In this document: positions 55,295 through 64,000 of the stretch, piece by piece
Numbering within the stretch: the stretch's first letter is position 1
Layout of the letters: each line of letters opens with the position of its first letter
Assembly: GCA_000091205.1 (NCBI GenBank)
Contig: AP006497.2
Source: Cyanidioschyzon merolae
Taxonomy: Eukaryota
Length of the DNA stretch: 64,000 nucleotides
Direction: 5' to 3' (one strand)
The notes under the pieces: generated by a model
Seen by the model: the letters and a program-made list of their open reading frames with translations, nothing else
What the model was told of the DNA's origin: nothing
Database searches by the model: none
Translations under genes and position numbers: made by a program

Positions 55295-57406
55295 ATGTTT
55301 GATACGGAAAACGGCATCGTCTATACCATTGAAGAAGCCGATCCTGAACAGCTTTCGTCAACGATAGAACAGGAGAGCGATGCCTCATCAGCTAGTGAAC
55401 TCTCCTTCGCTGCAGAGTTTTTCGACTGGACAGGTCCGGAGGCGCTAGTAGAGAACGCTGCCTCTCGTCGAAGATCGGAGTCTGAACAAGCACGCGTTGA
55501 CCGGGACCCACGCCACGAAACTCCTGAACACAGAGCTAATCACCACGTCACCGATTCTGGTGAAGGCACCAAGCCTGACAGCAACGGCACCGATGCGCAT
55601 ACGGCGCTCGCTACTCATGATCGTCTGAAACCGCTTGAGAAACGCGTTCATGCTGCTAGCGCTACAAAGCATTCCAGCCCAGAGGCGAAAGTTGATACCG
55701 TCCGACAAAGCGAGTCTTGGGCGGCGCTTGCGCTCTCGCCTCGCATGCTACGGGTCGTCGAGTCGCTGGGCTGGATGCAACCAACTCCTATTCAGGCCCA
55801 AGCGATACCGGTTGCACTCGCTGGACGAGATGTGCTCGGATCTGCTGTAACGGGCTCCGGGAAGACGGCAGCCTTCCTGATCCCCATTATCGAGCGTCTG
55901 TATCGGGCGCAGCGTGCCGATGGCGTACGCTTCGCCGCTGATGCCTCACAGACTGCAGCTATACGCGTTCTTATCGTCTTACCGACTCGTGAACTCGCAG
56001 TCCAGTGTCATGCGGTGCTTGAGGCAATTTGCGATCGTACGGCGAGGGAAAGTGCACGCCGGATGAAGCAGGGCGTCGCAAAGTTCGTTGGCACGCCCGA
56101 GCAGACGCGCCTTCGCTCCGTGCTCCTAGTCGGTGGACTAGCGCTGAAACCGCAGGAACTCGCGCTGCGCCATGTTCCAGATATCATCATTGGTACCCCG
56201 GGGAGAATCATTGATCACGCTCGAAACGCTCCAAACTTCACTCTCGATGACGTTGAAATCCTGGTACTCGATGAAGCAGATCGATTGCTGCAGATGGGCT
56301 TCATGGATGAACTGCGAGAGGTGGTTCGACTATGCGCGGCGAGTGCGCCCTATCGACAGACGATGCTGTTCAGCGCGACACTGGACGCTGGTGTTGAGGA
56401 ACTGGCTCGTTTCGCGCTCGCGCCGGATCGAGTTGTAACGGTTCGCGTGGATGCTACGTTTGATCTCGTTGGAACGCTTGTCCAAGAGTTCGTGAAACTG
56501 CAAATGCCCGAAGTTCTCGTGGAGCCGGCACAAGATACGCGCGATACCCTGACGCACGCCGAGCAAGTTGTGCAGACTGAGCGCGCCGCGTTATTGCTGG
56601 CGCTCTGTTCCCGCAGCTTCACCCGCCGAGTCATTGTTTTTTTCGCCCGCAAAAGGACTGCACATCTCTTCAAAATTATCTTTGATCTCGTCGGACTACG
56701 TGCCGCGGAGTTGCACGGGAACCTAACCCAGGCGCAGCGCCTTGATGCATTGGAGGCCTTTCGCACCTGCACCAATGCAGATTTTCTGCTCTGCACCGAT
56801 CTCGCAGCGCGGGGCCTCGATATCCACGGGGTAGAAACGGTGTTGAATTATGAGTTGCCGAAAGATATTCGGGAATACGTCCACCGGGTGGGCCGCACTG
56901 CACGCGCGGGTAAGCATGGTCGGGCAGTCTCGATATTCCAACAGACAGACCGGAAGGAGCGTCATCTGCTGCGACGCTTGCGGGAGCAGGCTCGACGATA
57001 TCGGGTAGATGCTCTCCGGGGAGATGCACCTGTACCCGCTCCTGTTCTCCTTGAACGTCGAATACCTGCAACGGTGATCCGGGAGTGGCGTGATCGGCTG
57101 CATTCCCTCCTGGATAGCGTTCGAGAGAAACTGCGACAGGAACGGGAGCATCGGGAGCTCGAACGTGCTGAACGGCTCGAGCGAAAAGCGCATAATCTTC
57201 TCATCCATGAGCAGGAGATATATGCACGACCGCCGCGAACTTGGTTCCAGAGCAAGGCCGAACGAAAACGTGCGCAGATGGTTGATCAGGAACCTGCCTC
57301 GAAGGAGCGTTCTGAACGTTCTAATTCTCACAAACACGATAAGGTGCGGAAGCGCAAGCTGGTAACAGCGACAAATCGAGGTGCGCACAACCGGAGTAGG
57401 ATGTGA
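55295..57406 (+). CDS. ATP-dependent DEAD-box RNA helicase (DDX27/Drs1-like, ribosome biogenesis type)
   Basis: 703 aa counting from the first ATG; the ORF-track start at 55253 is GTG. Motifs present: the Q motif with PTPIQ, then AVTGSGKT, PTRELA, TPGR, VLDEAD, FSAT and HRVGRTARAG, plus a basic Lys/Arg-rich C-terminal tail. Confidence 0.92.
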   Translation: MFDTENGIVYTIEEADPEQLSSTIEQESDASSASELSFAAEFFDWTGPEALVENAASRRRSESEQARVDRDPRHETPEHRANHHVTDSGEGTKPDSNGTDAHTALATHDRLKPLEKRVHAASATKHSSPEAKVDTVRQSESWAALALSPRMLRVVESLGWMQPTPIQAQAIPVALAGRDVLGSAVTGSGKTAAFLIPIIERLYRAQRADGVRFAADASQTAAIRVLIVLPTRELAVQCHAVLEAICDRTARESARRMKQGVAKFVGTPEQTRLRSVLLVGGLALKPQELALRHVPDIIIGTPGRIIDHARNAPNFTLDDVEILVLDEADRLLQMGFMDELREVVRLCAASAPYRQTMLFSATLDAGVEELARFALAPDRVVTVRVDATFDLVGTLVQEFVKLQMPEVLVEPAQDTRDTLTHAEQVVQTERAALLLALCSRSFTRRVIVFFARKRTAHLFKIIFDLVGLRAAELHGNLTQAQRLDALEAFRTCTNADFLLCTDLAARGLDIHGVETVLNYELPKDIREYVHRVGRTARAGKHGRAVSIFQQTDRKERHLLRRLREQARRYRVDALRGDAPVPAPVLLERRIPATVIREWRDRLHSLLDSVREKLRQEREHRELERAERLERKAHNLLIHEQEIYARPPRTWFQSKAERKRAQMVDQEPASKERSERSNSHKHDKVRKRKLVTATNRGAHNRSRM

Positions 57407-57679
57407 ACGGGTGCGGTGGTGGTATCCACGGCTTTGTACTCAGTCGCATGGTTGTGTCGATTCTGTTTAAGCAGCTTTGGCAAAAGCCAAAACGAGCGTG
57501 TTCATCGTTCAACCACGATTTCTTAGCCCGCAGCGACTGAAAGCAACTGGGCGCGCTTTAGGTTTCCGCGGCAGCGACGGGCGAGTCGCTTCACGACGCT
57601 TCGTTCAGTTGCAAGTCGAGCATCCTGTGGTCTGTGCACCTGGGATAGACTAACGCCGTGGAGGATGCGGAACCACGCT

Positions 57680-58713
57680 GCAGCTGGTAAAAAGAGGTAC
57701 CTCCAAAGACGCTGATACTCTCCGCTAATCGAGCTACAAGACATGCTCTGCAAAGAAGAGCTAGGAAGGGCTCTTGCAGTATGCTGCAGCTGGTAAAACG
57801 AGGTACCTCCAAAGACGCTGATACTCTCCACTAATCGAGCTACCTAGACATGCTCTGCAAAGAAGAGCTAGGAAGGGCTCTTGCAGTATGCTGCAGCTGG
57901 TAAAACGAGGAACCTCCAAAGACGCTGATACTCTCCGCCAATCGAGCTACCAAGACATGCTCTGCAAAGAAGAGCTAGGAAGGGCTCTTGCAGTATGCTG
58001 CAGCTGGTAAAACGAGATACCTCCAAAGACGCTGATACTCTCCACTAATCGAGCTACCTAGACATGCTCTGCAAAGAAGAGCTAGGAAGGGCTCTTGCAG
58101 TATGCTGCAGCTGGTAAAACGAGGAACCTCCAAAGACGCTGATACTCTCCGCCAATCGAGCTACCAAGACATGCTCTGCAAAGAAGAGCTAGGAAGGGCT
58201 CTTGCAGTATGCTGCAGATGGTAAAACGAGATACCTCCAAAGACGCTGATACTCTCCACTAATCGAGCTACCTAGACATGCTCTGCAAAGAAGAGCTAGG
58301 AAGGGCTCTTGCAGTATGCTGCAGATGGTAAAACGAGATACCTCCAAAGACGCTGATACTCTCCACTAATCGAGCTACCTAGACATGCTCTGCAAAGAAG
58401 AGCTAGGAAGGGCTCTTGCAGTATGCTGCAGATGGTAAAACGAGATACCTCCAAAGACGCTGATACTCTCCACTAATCGAGCTACCTAGACATGCTCTGC
58501 AAAGAAGAGCTAGGAAGGGCTCTTGCAGTATGCTGCAGATGGTAAAACGAGATACCTCCAAAGACGCTGATACTCTCCACTAATCGAGCTACCTAGACAT
58601 GCTCTGCAAAGAAGAGCTAGGAAGGGCTCTTGCAGTATGCTGCAGCTGGTAAAACGAGGTACCTCCAAAGACGCTGATACTCTCCGCTAATCGAGCTACC
58701 TAGACATGCTCTG
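57680..58713. repeat. Tandem array, 107-bp unit, about 9.7 copies
   Basis: CTCCAAAGACGCTGATACTCTCC recurs at 57701, 57807, 57914, 58021, 58128, 58235, 58342, 58449, 58556 and 58663. The period is 107 bp, except that the first unit is 106 bp. Units 6-9 appear identical. All frames are closed by TAA/TAG. Confidence 0.95.
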
Positions 58714-58806
58714 TAGCGATGATCCAGCTGGCGCCCCTACACCTAACTGTATCCCCAGCTGTGGAGCGGAGCACCGCTCGAGCGACACCAACCTGGAACT
58801 CGCCGC

Positions 58807-61800
58807 ATGCACCTGCCAGCGCATCCCGTGAACAACTTTTATCGGATTCTAGCGCCTGGAGTGCGAACCGACACGTCCTGCTCCAGCCGAACACTTTCGA
58901 GGAGAGGTTTTGCGTTGATGGACGCTGATTTTCCCGAATGGGAAGCTCCAGCGGTCAGCCTCTTCGATTGTTTGCTCCAGGGGTGTCACGAGAACCCGAA
59001 CGGTCGTTGTGTACGCTGCGAGAACAGCGTCGGGTGTCCTGTCGCCTCCGTTTCTTCGGACGGCTGGCTGGCCTACGCACAAGTCAGAGCGTACGTGGAT
59101 CGCCTTATCGCATACCTGCAGAGCGAGCCATTGAAACTGACTCCAGGGAAACGCGTTGCCGTTTATAGCGTGTTTCGGTGGGAGGTCTCGATCGTTCTTA
59201 GCGCGGCGAGCTTTCTGCAACTGCCCGTCGTGCTCATCGACGCACACGAAGACGTCTCCTTTGCTCGTGCGCTACTCAATAACCAATGTGTTTCACTTCT
59301 GTTTCTTGGTCAGGAACAGAACTGCGAGGAACTCCAGAGCTATGCAGGTAGGTGTCTGCTTTTGGGAGCGGCGGCTCTAGACCTGCCGTCGCAGCCGCCG
59401 ACACTATTCTCGGTACTGCAGGTCGACACTGCCCCGGAGGTCGTGACATCTGGGCAACCTCGTCGAAAAGACTCCGTCGCGCTGATCATGCCAACCGCGG
59501 GCATGACAGGTCCACGACGAGTCATCTGCGTAACCGAAGAACAGCTAGCCCAAGCCGCACATGCGCTAGCCCCGTTGCTTCAGTATACATCGTCGGATGT
59601 AGTCTGTTTTCTGACATACTCCATATTTCATCCATTTTTTATTGTACATATCCTGCTGTTATTCCGAGCTGGCGGTGCCTTTGGAGCCGAACTCCAGACA
59701 CTCGACAATATACGAAAAATGCGTACAACCGTGCTTGTTGGCCCAGGTGCTATACTATCCACATTCTATGAGCTTCTCCGCAAAGAGGGTGAAAAGCTTC
59801 GCGGACTTGCGCGTCGCATCTTTGCGCTGCTCGTGGAGCAACCTCCATTGAATCAATGGGACCCAAAAGCGGCGCTGAAGAGCACGCGAACAGGCATCGC
59901 GCGCTCGGTGATGCGCAGCATCCGCGACCTCTTCGTGCCCCAGTATCGCCTGACGGTCAGCGGCATCTCGCGACTCGCCGAGGACACACGACTCTGTCTG
60001 GAGCGGCTCCTTCTGGAACCTGTACTCGATGTATACGGGCCATCGGAGTGGGCTGGCGTGTGTCTTGCTCGAACGCGCAAACGAGAGCATGACGAATGGT
60101 TCTGTATCCTGAGCAGTCCCTTCAACCGTCTGGGCCGTCTCTCGACACTCATGCGTCAGGGCGAACATACGGCGTACGGCGAGCTGCACCTCCATATCAA
60201 CGGAAAATGGACAGCGACGGGGGATCTCTTTCGTTTCATCATGAACCGGGGTCCAAGTGACCCTGAAGCACCGCAATGGCGAGCGCTCGCATTTGTGGAT
60301 AGGATCTCGAAGATCGTGCTTTGTGCAGAGCACGGTGCGAACGAGTTGGATACCTCTTTGGTGGAGCCAATTGAGCTTTCTCCACATGAGAAACAACCGC
60401 CGTTTCTCTCACTGAGTCTCATGGAACGGGCATCACAGCGCAGTGCCTTTGTTCGACAGTGCTGGATCTCGTTTGAGGCACCACAGCGTCTCATGGTTCT
60501 TCTGGTTCCCGTCCGCGACATGGTATGGAAATGGCTACGAATGCGACAATCCGCGAATGGCACTGCACTCGTGCCGTCCAGAGACGCGCTTTCGGTCGAG
60601 CCGATGCGAGATGTCTGCAACGACGCCCTGTTCCAGGAGGCTGTTGTGTGCGACCTGCGGCGCGTGCTCGTCAACTGTCGTGCCATCAGAGACGAATGGT
60701 TTGATGCGCTCTCCTGGGAAATCTATTTTGAGCCACAACTCGATGCGGGCTGCTTCGATTTGGGCTTCACTCCGCGCAACCGCCTCTTAACACCGTCGTT
60801 CGAATTGAGAACGAAATCACTTCGTGCCTATTATGGGAAAGAGCTTGGTATTCCGGTGCCGAGGGCCTCGCTGGAGCGCGGTGCGTTACTCGCAGAGCAG
60901 CTTGATGAGGAGGGCAGGCTCTCGGAATCCTCGAATAGCGACGAATTCGAATCAGACATAGGCGACGAGCCGGAGACTGCAACCGCTTCGAGTCTACAGC
61001 GATGGCTTTTGACGCTCTGGTCGGCTTTGCGCGCTGACCTCGTCGATCCTGTTTTGAATGCTGATGAAGAATGCATCGAGCATCGCTCGTTTTGGGGACG
61101 CATATTTCACCGTCAGCTAGTCACGTCCGATTCCGCCGAAAGGGCAACTACGCGAAGCACGCGAGAGACCTCAGCTGGTGAAGCTGCATCCACCAGCATA
61201 CCTCGCACAGACCCCGATCCAGATGGTGCTTCAAAAGGCCCAGCACCCGCTCAGGAGATAGGCTGGATCGCACGTTTCTGGCGATCAGCGGGCGATCCTG
61301 GTCTCAGCGAGCGTCCCCCGGTGCATTTGCCACGCTTCGCGAGCCTCGATGCTGACCTGCCCGATGGTGCTTGTTTGCCGCTGTTGCATTCGACGCGAAA
61401 TACTGGTCGACGACAAAGACAAAAGGCGCACGATGGACGGCTACGTAGCCGTGATGGTGGTGCAGCTTCAGGGCACTCGCGATGGCGCCTCGGTCGATTG
61501 TGGAACACGTTGGTCCATGAATCGCCAGATCACGACTGTGTGGATGCTGGTGCTGCTACACAAGTTGATCGTGGAGCGGGCGACGGGGCGGATATGGTGG
61601 GAGGCCTCACGGCATCGGGCGCCTCAGAAGCTGCAGCGCAGATGCCTCGATGGCGGCGCTGGTTGCACGTCCCGAGAGTCACAGCGTCAGGCGTGTGCGG
61701 TGCTCCCCAAATGAACGAGCACATGAGAACGATTCGGAAAGGGCGTAAGCGGAACCGCTATGATCACCACTCTGCCGAGTCGCTTTCCATATCTGATTCT

Positions 61801-62085
61801 GAGATAGCACGGCGATTTCAGCGCCCGTGGCGGAAGTTTCCTGTACAGTTCCATGCAGCGGCTGCCGGTCGCATTCGGCAATGGTGGACGGGCCGCGACT
61901 CCAGTGACCGGCACGTGAACGCGAGCGTCACTAGCATTCGAGAGCACAGTGATGATCACTGCATCGCAAGTGCTTCAAATGCCACTGAGCAAGGAGTTTG
62001 TACAGAGACGAGTTCGAATGTGAGCGCGGTAGATTCGCTTTCAGAGAACTACCAGGGATCCATGCGTATTCAAGGTCTTCCATGA
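58807..62085 (+). CDS. Divergent AMP-dependent synthetase/ligase-like protein (related to long-chain acyl-CoA synthetases) with a ~400-aa low-complexity C-terminal extension
   Basis: 1092-aa uninterrupted ORF from the ATG at 58807; an alternative ATG lies at 58918 (MDADFPEW). The adenylation motifs are recognisable but degenerate: IMPTAGMTGPRRV versus the canonical TSGTTGxPKG, YGPSEWAG versus YGxTE, WTATGDLF, and LTPSFELRTKSLRAYYGKEL versus LTPTxKxKR...Y. Confidence 0.7.
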   Translation: MHLPAHPVNNFYRILAPGVRTDTSCSSRTLSRRGFALMDADFPEWEAPAVSLFDCLLQGCHENPNGRCVRCENSVGCPVASVSSDGWLAYAQVRAYVDRLIAYLQSEPLKLTPGKRVAVYSVFRWEVSIVLSAASFLQLPVVLIDAHEDVSFARALLNNQCVSLLFLGQEQNCEELQSYAGRCLLLGAAALDLPSQPPTLFSVLQVDTAPEVVTSGQPRRKDSVALIMPTAGMTGPRRVICVTEEQLAQAAHALAPLLQYTSSDVVCFLTYSIFHPFFIVHILLLFRAGGAFGAELQTLDNIRKMRTTVLVGPGAILSTFYELLRKEGEKLRGLARRIFALLVEQPPLNQWDPKAALKSTRTGIARSVMRSIRDLFVPQYRLTVSGISRLAEDTRLCLERLLLEPVLDVYGPSEWAGVCLARTRKREHDEWFCILSSPFNRLGRLSTLMRQGEHTAYGELHLHINGKWTATGDLFRFIMNRGPSDPEAPQWRALAFVDRISKIVLCAEHGANELDTSLVEPIELSPHEKQPPFLSLSLMERASQRSAFVRQCWISFEAPQRLMVLLVPVRDMVWKWLRMRQSANGTALVPSRDALSVEPMRDVCNDALFQEAVVCDLRRVLVNCRAIRDEWFDALSWEIYFEPQLDAGCFDLGFTPRNRLLTPSFELRTKSLRAYYGKELGIPVPRASLERGALLAEQLDEEGRLSESSNSDEFESDIGDEPETATASSLQRWLLTLWSALRADLVDPVLNADEECIEHRSFWGRIFHRQLVTSDSAERATTRSTRETSAGEAASTSIPRTDPDPDGASKGPAPAQEIGWIARFWRSAGDPGLSERPPVHLPRFASLDADLPDGACLPLLHSTRNTGRRQRQKAHDGRLRSRDGGAASGHSRWRLGRLWNTLVHESPDHDCVDAGAATQVDRGAGDGADMVGGLTASGASEAAAQMPRWRRWLHVPRVTASGVCGAPQMNEHMRTIRKGRKRNRYDHHSAESLSISDSEIARRFQRPWRKFPVQFHAAAAGRIRQWWTGRDSSDRHVNASVTSIREHSDDHCIASASNATEQGVCTETSSNVSAVDSLSENYQGSMRIQGLP

Positions 62086-64000
62086 AGAATCGCGTTGACA
62101 GAGAGGCATGGAGGCAGACAGTGGTGCATTTCGCTATGGCAGCCGATCCTAGTGCATCCAGATTCTGGGCACGGTTTGCAAAGGGACCTACTTGGGCGAC
62201 AAGTCGGGTAGATGCCATTATTCATCTTTCGCATGGTTGCGAGTATTGCATTCCAGACGGTCTTTATGATCGTATGAAACGAAATGTTAATGTGACGGTG
62301 GCAAAATCTCATGGCGTCCTACAGTGTACGCAGAGCAGTGCTTTTGGATACACATGTGTGAGCGCGCTCCCTTTTTTGTTGTTGTTTTTCGAGTAGGTAT
62401 TCAACAAAATGGGTGTATCCATAATATTCGAGAGACGTGGCCGGAACACGTGAAGCTACCCCTTGAAGCTTGTGGAAAATGGATTCACTTGCTCTAGAAA
62501 GTTTTGTCTAGGCTTAATAGGTGGGTGAACCATGTCTCTTTCAGGTCTGGTTGCGAGCGTCATGGACCTAAACAGACCATGTCAAACATAATTCACGCAA
62601 TTGGCCCCTGGTCAGTACGTATCACTCCCGATATTCTCTACGACCTATGACAAAACGCCACAGGATGTGAGGTTCACACAAGGATCATACTTATAATCAT
62701 GCATAGACACAGATGGAGGGAACAAAGCATGCCTTGATGTGCGATTCGTGCATATTGAACAATACACGATCGATTCGGGAGTGAAATGCGAACGCCTGAT
62801 ACAAGAGCGAAAAGCGTTCGTCTCAGTTGATGAGAATGTCCTCACGCGAAATGATAGATATGGATATGGGGATCGAATGGATGACAAAGCGCTGTTCCTA
62901 AGGAAGAGACAAGCCAGCATAATGACATCTTCGGTAATAGCGACGACTTAGCCGTGTGAAGGCCTACAAGACGCGTCAAACGGAAGATATCGCTCAACAC
63001 CAGAACCGTCGTTGAAGCAGTTCTTGCCTGCATTGTCCCGTATTCGGCGGTCATGCTCCTGCTCAGCGCGACTTCCCGTTGTTCCAAAGCGGTCGAGGTG
63101 TACGCAGCTGACGTTGGTTTTGCGATACTGCACTTGCGAACATCTCCTCCCTGGTTCCGTTCAATCGACGGCGTATGCTGTCTTGTCGAACACCATCTCT
63201 ACGACGGCGTATACGTAGACGAGTCATTCGCATCTGGAACATCAAAGTTCTTCGAGGAGTCGTACGCGACCTTCACCAGTCCTGAACGGGCCTGTTGCTC
63301 CTCTGCACATGCGTAGGAGCGGACGGAGCGGCGCGCTTCGGTACGTGAGCGTGCTCGCGACAGCAAAGGCCTAAACCGTACATGAGGAATTGTGTTCACT
63401 GATGCATCGAAGAGAAGGGCACCATTGCCAACGTCTACTCAGGTCGTCTGATTTCCGTTGACTCAATGGGCTTGGAGTGGAGCGCCCACGCCTACGCAAA
63501 CCTGAAAACTCACGGAGAAGGCGAAGCGGTAGAAGGGGAAGAATGTCACCTCACAAGCAACAGTCAGTTGCTTTCGAAAACAGCACAAGGAGAGATCGGA
63601 AGGAAAACTGGTTGTTGCGGGGAGGTCACTCTGGACGCAGTGTCAACGCCTCGCTATGACGACACGTCAACGGGGAGGATCCTCCAAAAAACGAGTTTCG
63701 GGACGCCATGAAGTCTCTCGAAGCTTTCCTCATCTTGATGCGCATCGTCAAACACTTGTGCTTAGGCGAACCGGACGCACGATTTCGGTCTCCCGTACAC
63801 TTCTTGGGATTTGCTCTATCCATCCGGCATGCGGCAACACAACTGATACCCAGGCCAGAAGATGCAACACCGCCTGATTGTAGGATAAGAACGTTGAAAA
63901 CGCGCTCTCGAGGATAGCTTGCGGCGTCGCCGTGCCACCTCGGCGATGAGCGCGTCTACGACGCGTTTGCGGAAACTTGTGAAACTAACCTCCGCATCCA

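Noticed and set aside
57680-58713. Whether the regular 107-bp array could be a CRISPR array
   Set aside because: The units are contiguous with no unique spacers. The repeat length is far outside CRISPR norms. The whole window is eukaryotic with no cas genes.
63819-64000. A possible 3' end of a minus-strand gene entering from the right edge (...DAEVSFTSFRKRVVDALIAEVARRRRKLSSRARFQRSYPTIRRCCIFWPGYQLCCRMPDG-stop, with the stop at 63816-63818)
   Set aside because: Only ~60 codons are visible, with no recognisable domain. This is insufficient evidence within this window.
1-64000. The hypothesis that the window comes from a trypanosomatid, prompted by the non-LTR element with a shared 3' module, intron-less genes and microsatellites
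   Set aside because: Genes switch strand at nearly every boundary instead of forming long unidirectional clusters. No spliced-leader-type or other kinetoplastid-specific signal was recognised.

Overview
This window is eukaryotic nuclear DNA, not prokaryotic. It carries about 19 long, uninterrupted protein-coding ORFs with clear eukaryotic identities on alternating strands. They include S-adenosylmethionine decarboxylase, quinolinate phosphoribosyltransferase, UCH37-type ubiquitin hydrolase, MSP1/ATAD1-type AAA ATPase, RRP5, ribosomal protein S28e, PMS1/PMS2-type MutL, a DDX27/Drs1-like DEAD-box helicase, a Yip1-domain protein, a GST-like protein, a ChaN/DUF399-like protein and a bacterial-type HNH endonuclease. 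I saw no introns, rRNA, tRNA or CRISPR. The ORF track uses bacterial alternative starts, so I moved several 5' ends to the first ATG. Frequent strand switching argues against trypanosomatid-style polycistrons. An intron-poor protist or alga (for example a cyanidialean red alga) would fit, but I cannot establish the taxon from the sequence alone. Summing the intervals listed below, roughly a fifth of the window is repeats. (1) A degenerate non-LTR retrotransposon lies at 1.4-4.9 kb. Its 3' module recurs twice, and one of those copies has a perfect 18-bp target-site duplication. (2) An unclassified ~1.25-1.3 kb dispersed element family has six copies in three diverged subfamilies, which I call A, B and C. 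Each subfamily is present as a near-identical pair. The termini are conserved, and A and B copies in inverted orientation bracket single genes twice. (3) A 388-bp inverted repeat pair brackets a 5.4-kb segment holding the HNH and GST-like genes. (4) A 107-bp x ~10 tandem array, smaller 82-bp and 75-bp tandem repeats, and (CACG)n and (GCCT)n microsatellites are also present. The dispersed element family is the most unusual thing I found. All identity percentages are by-eye estimates or inferred from translated ORF pairs. None were computed.
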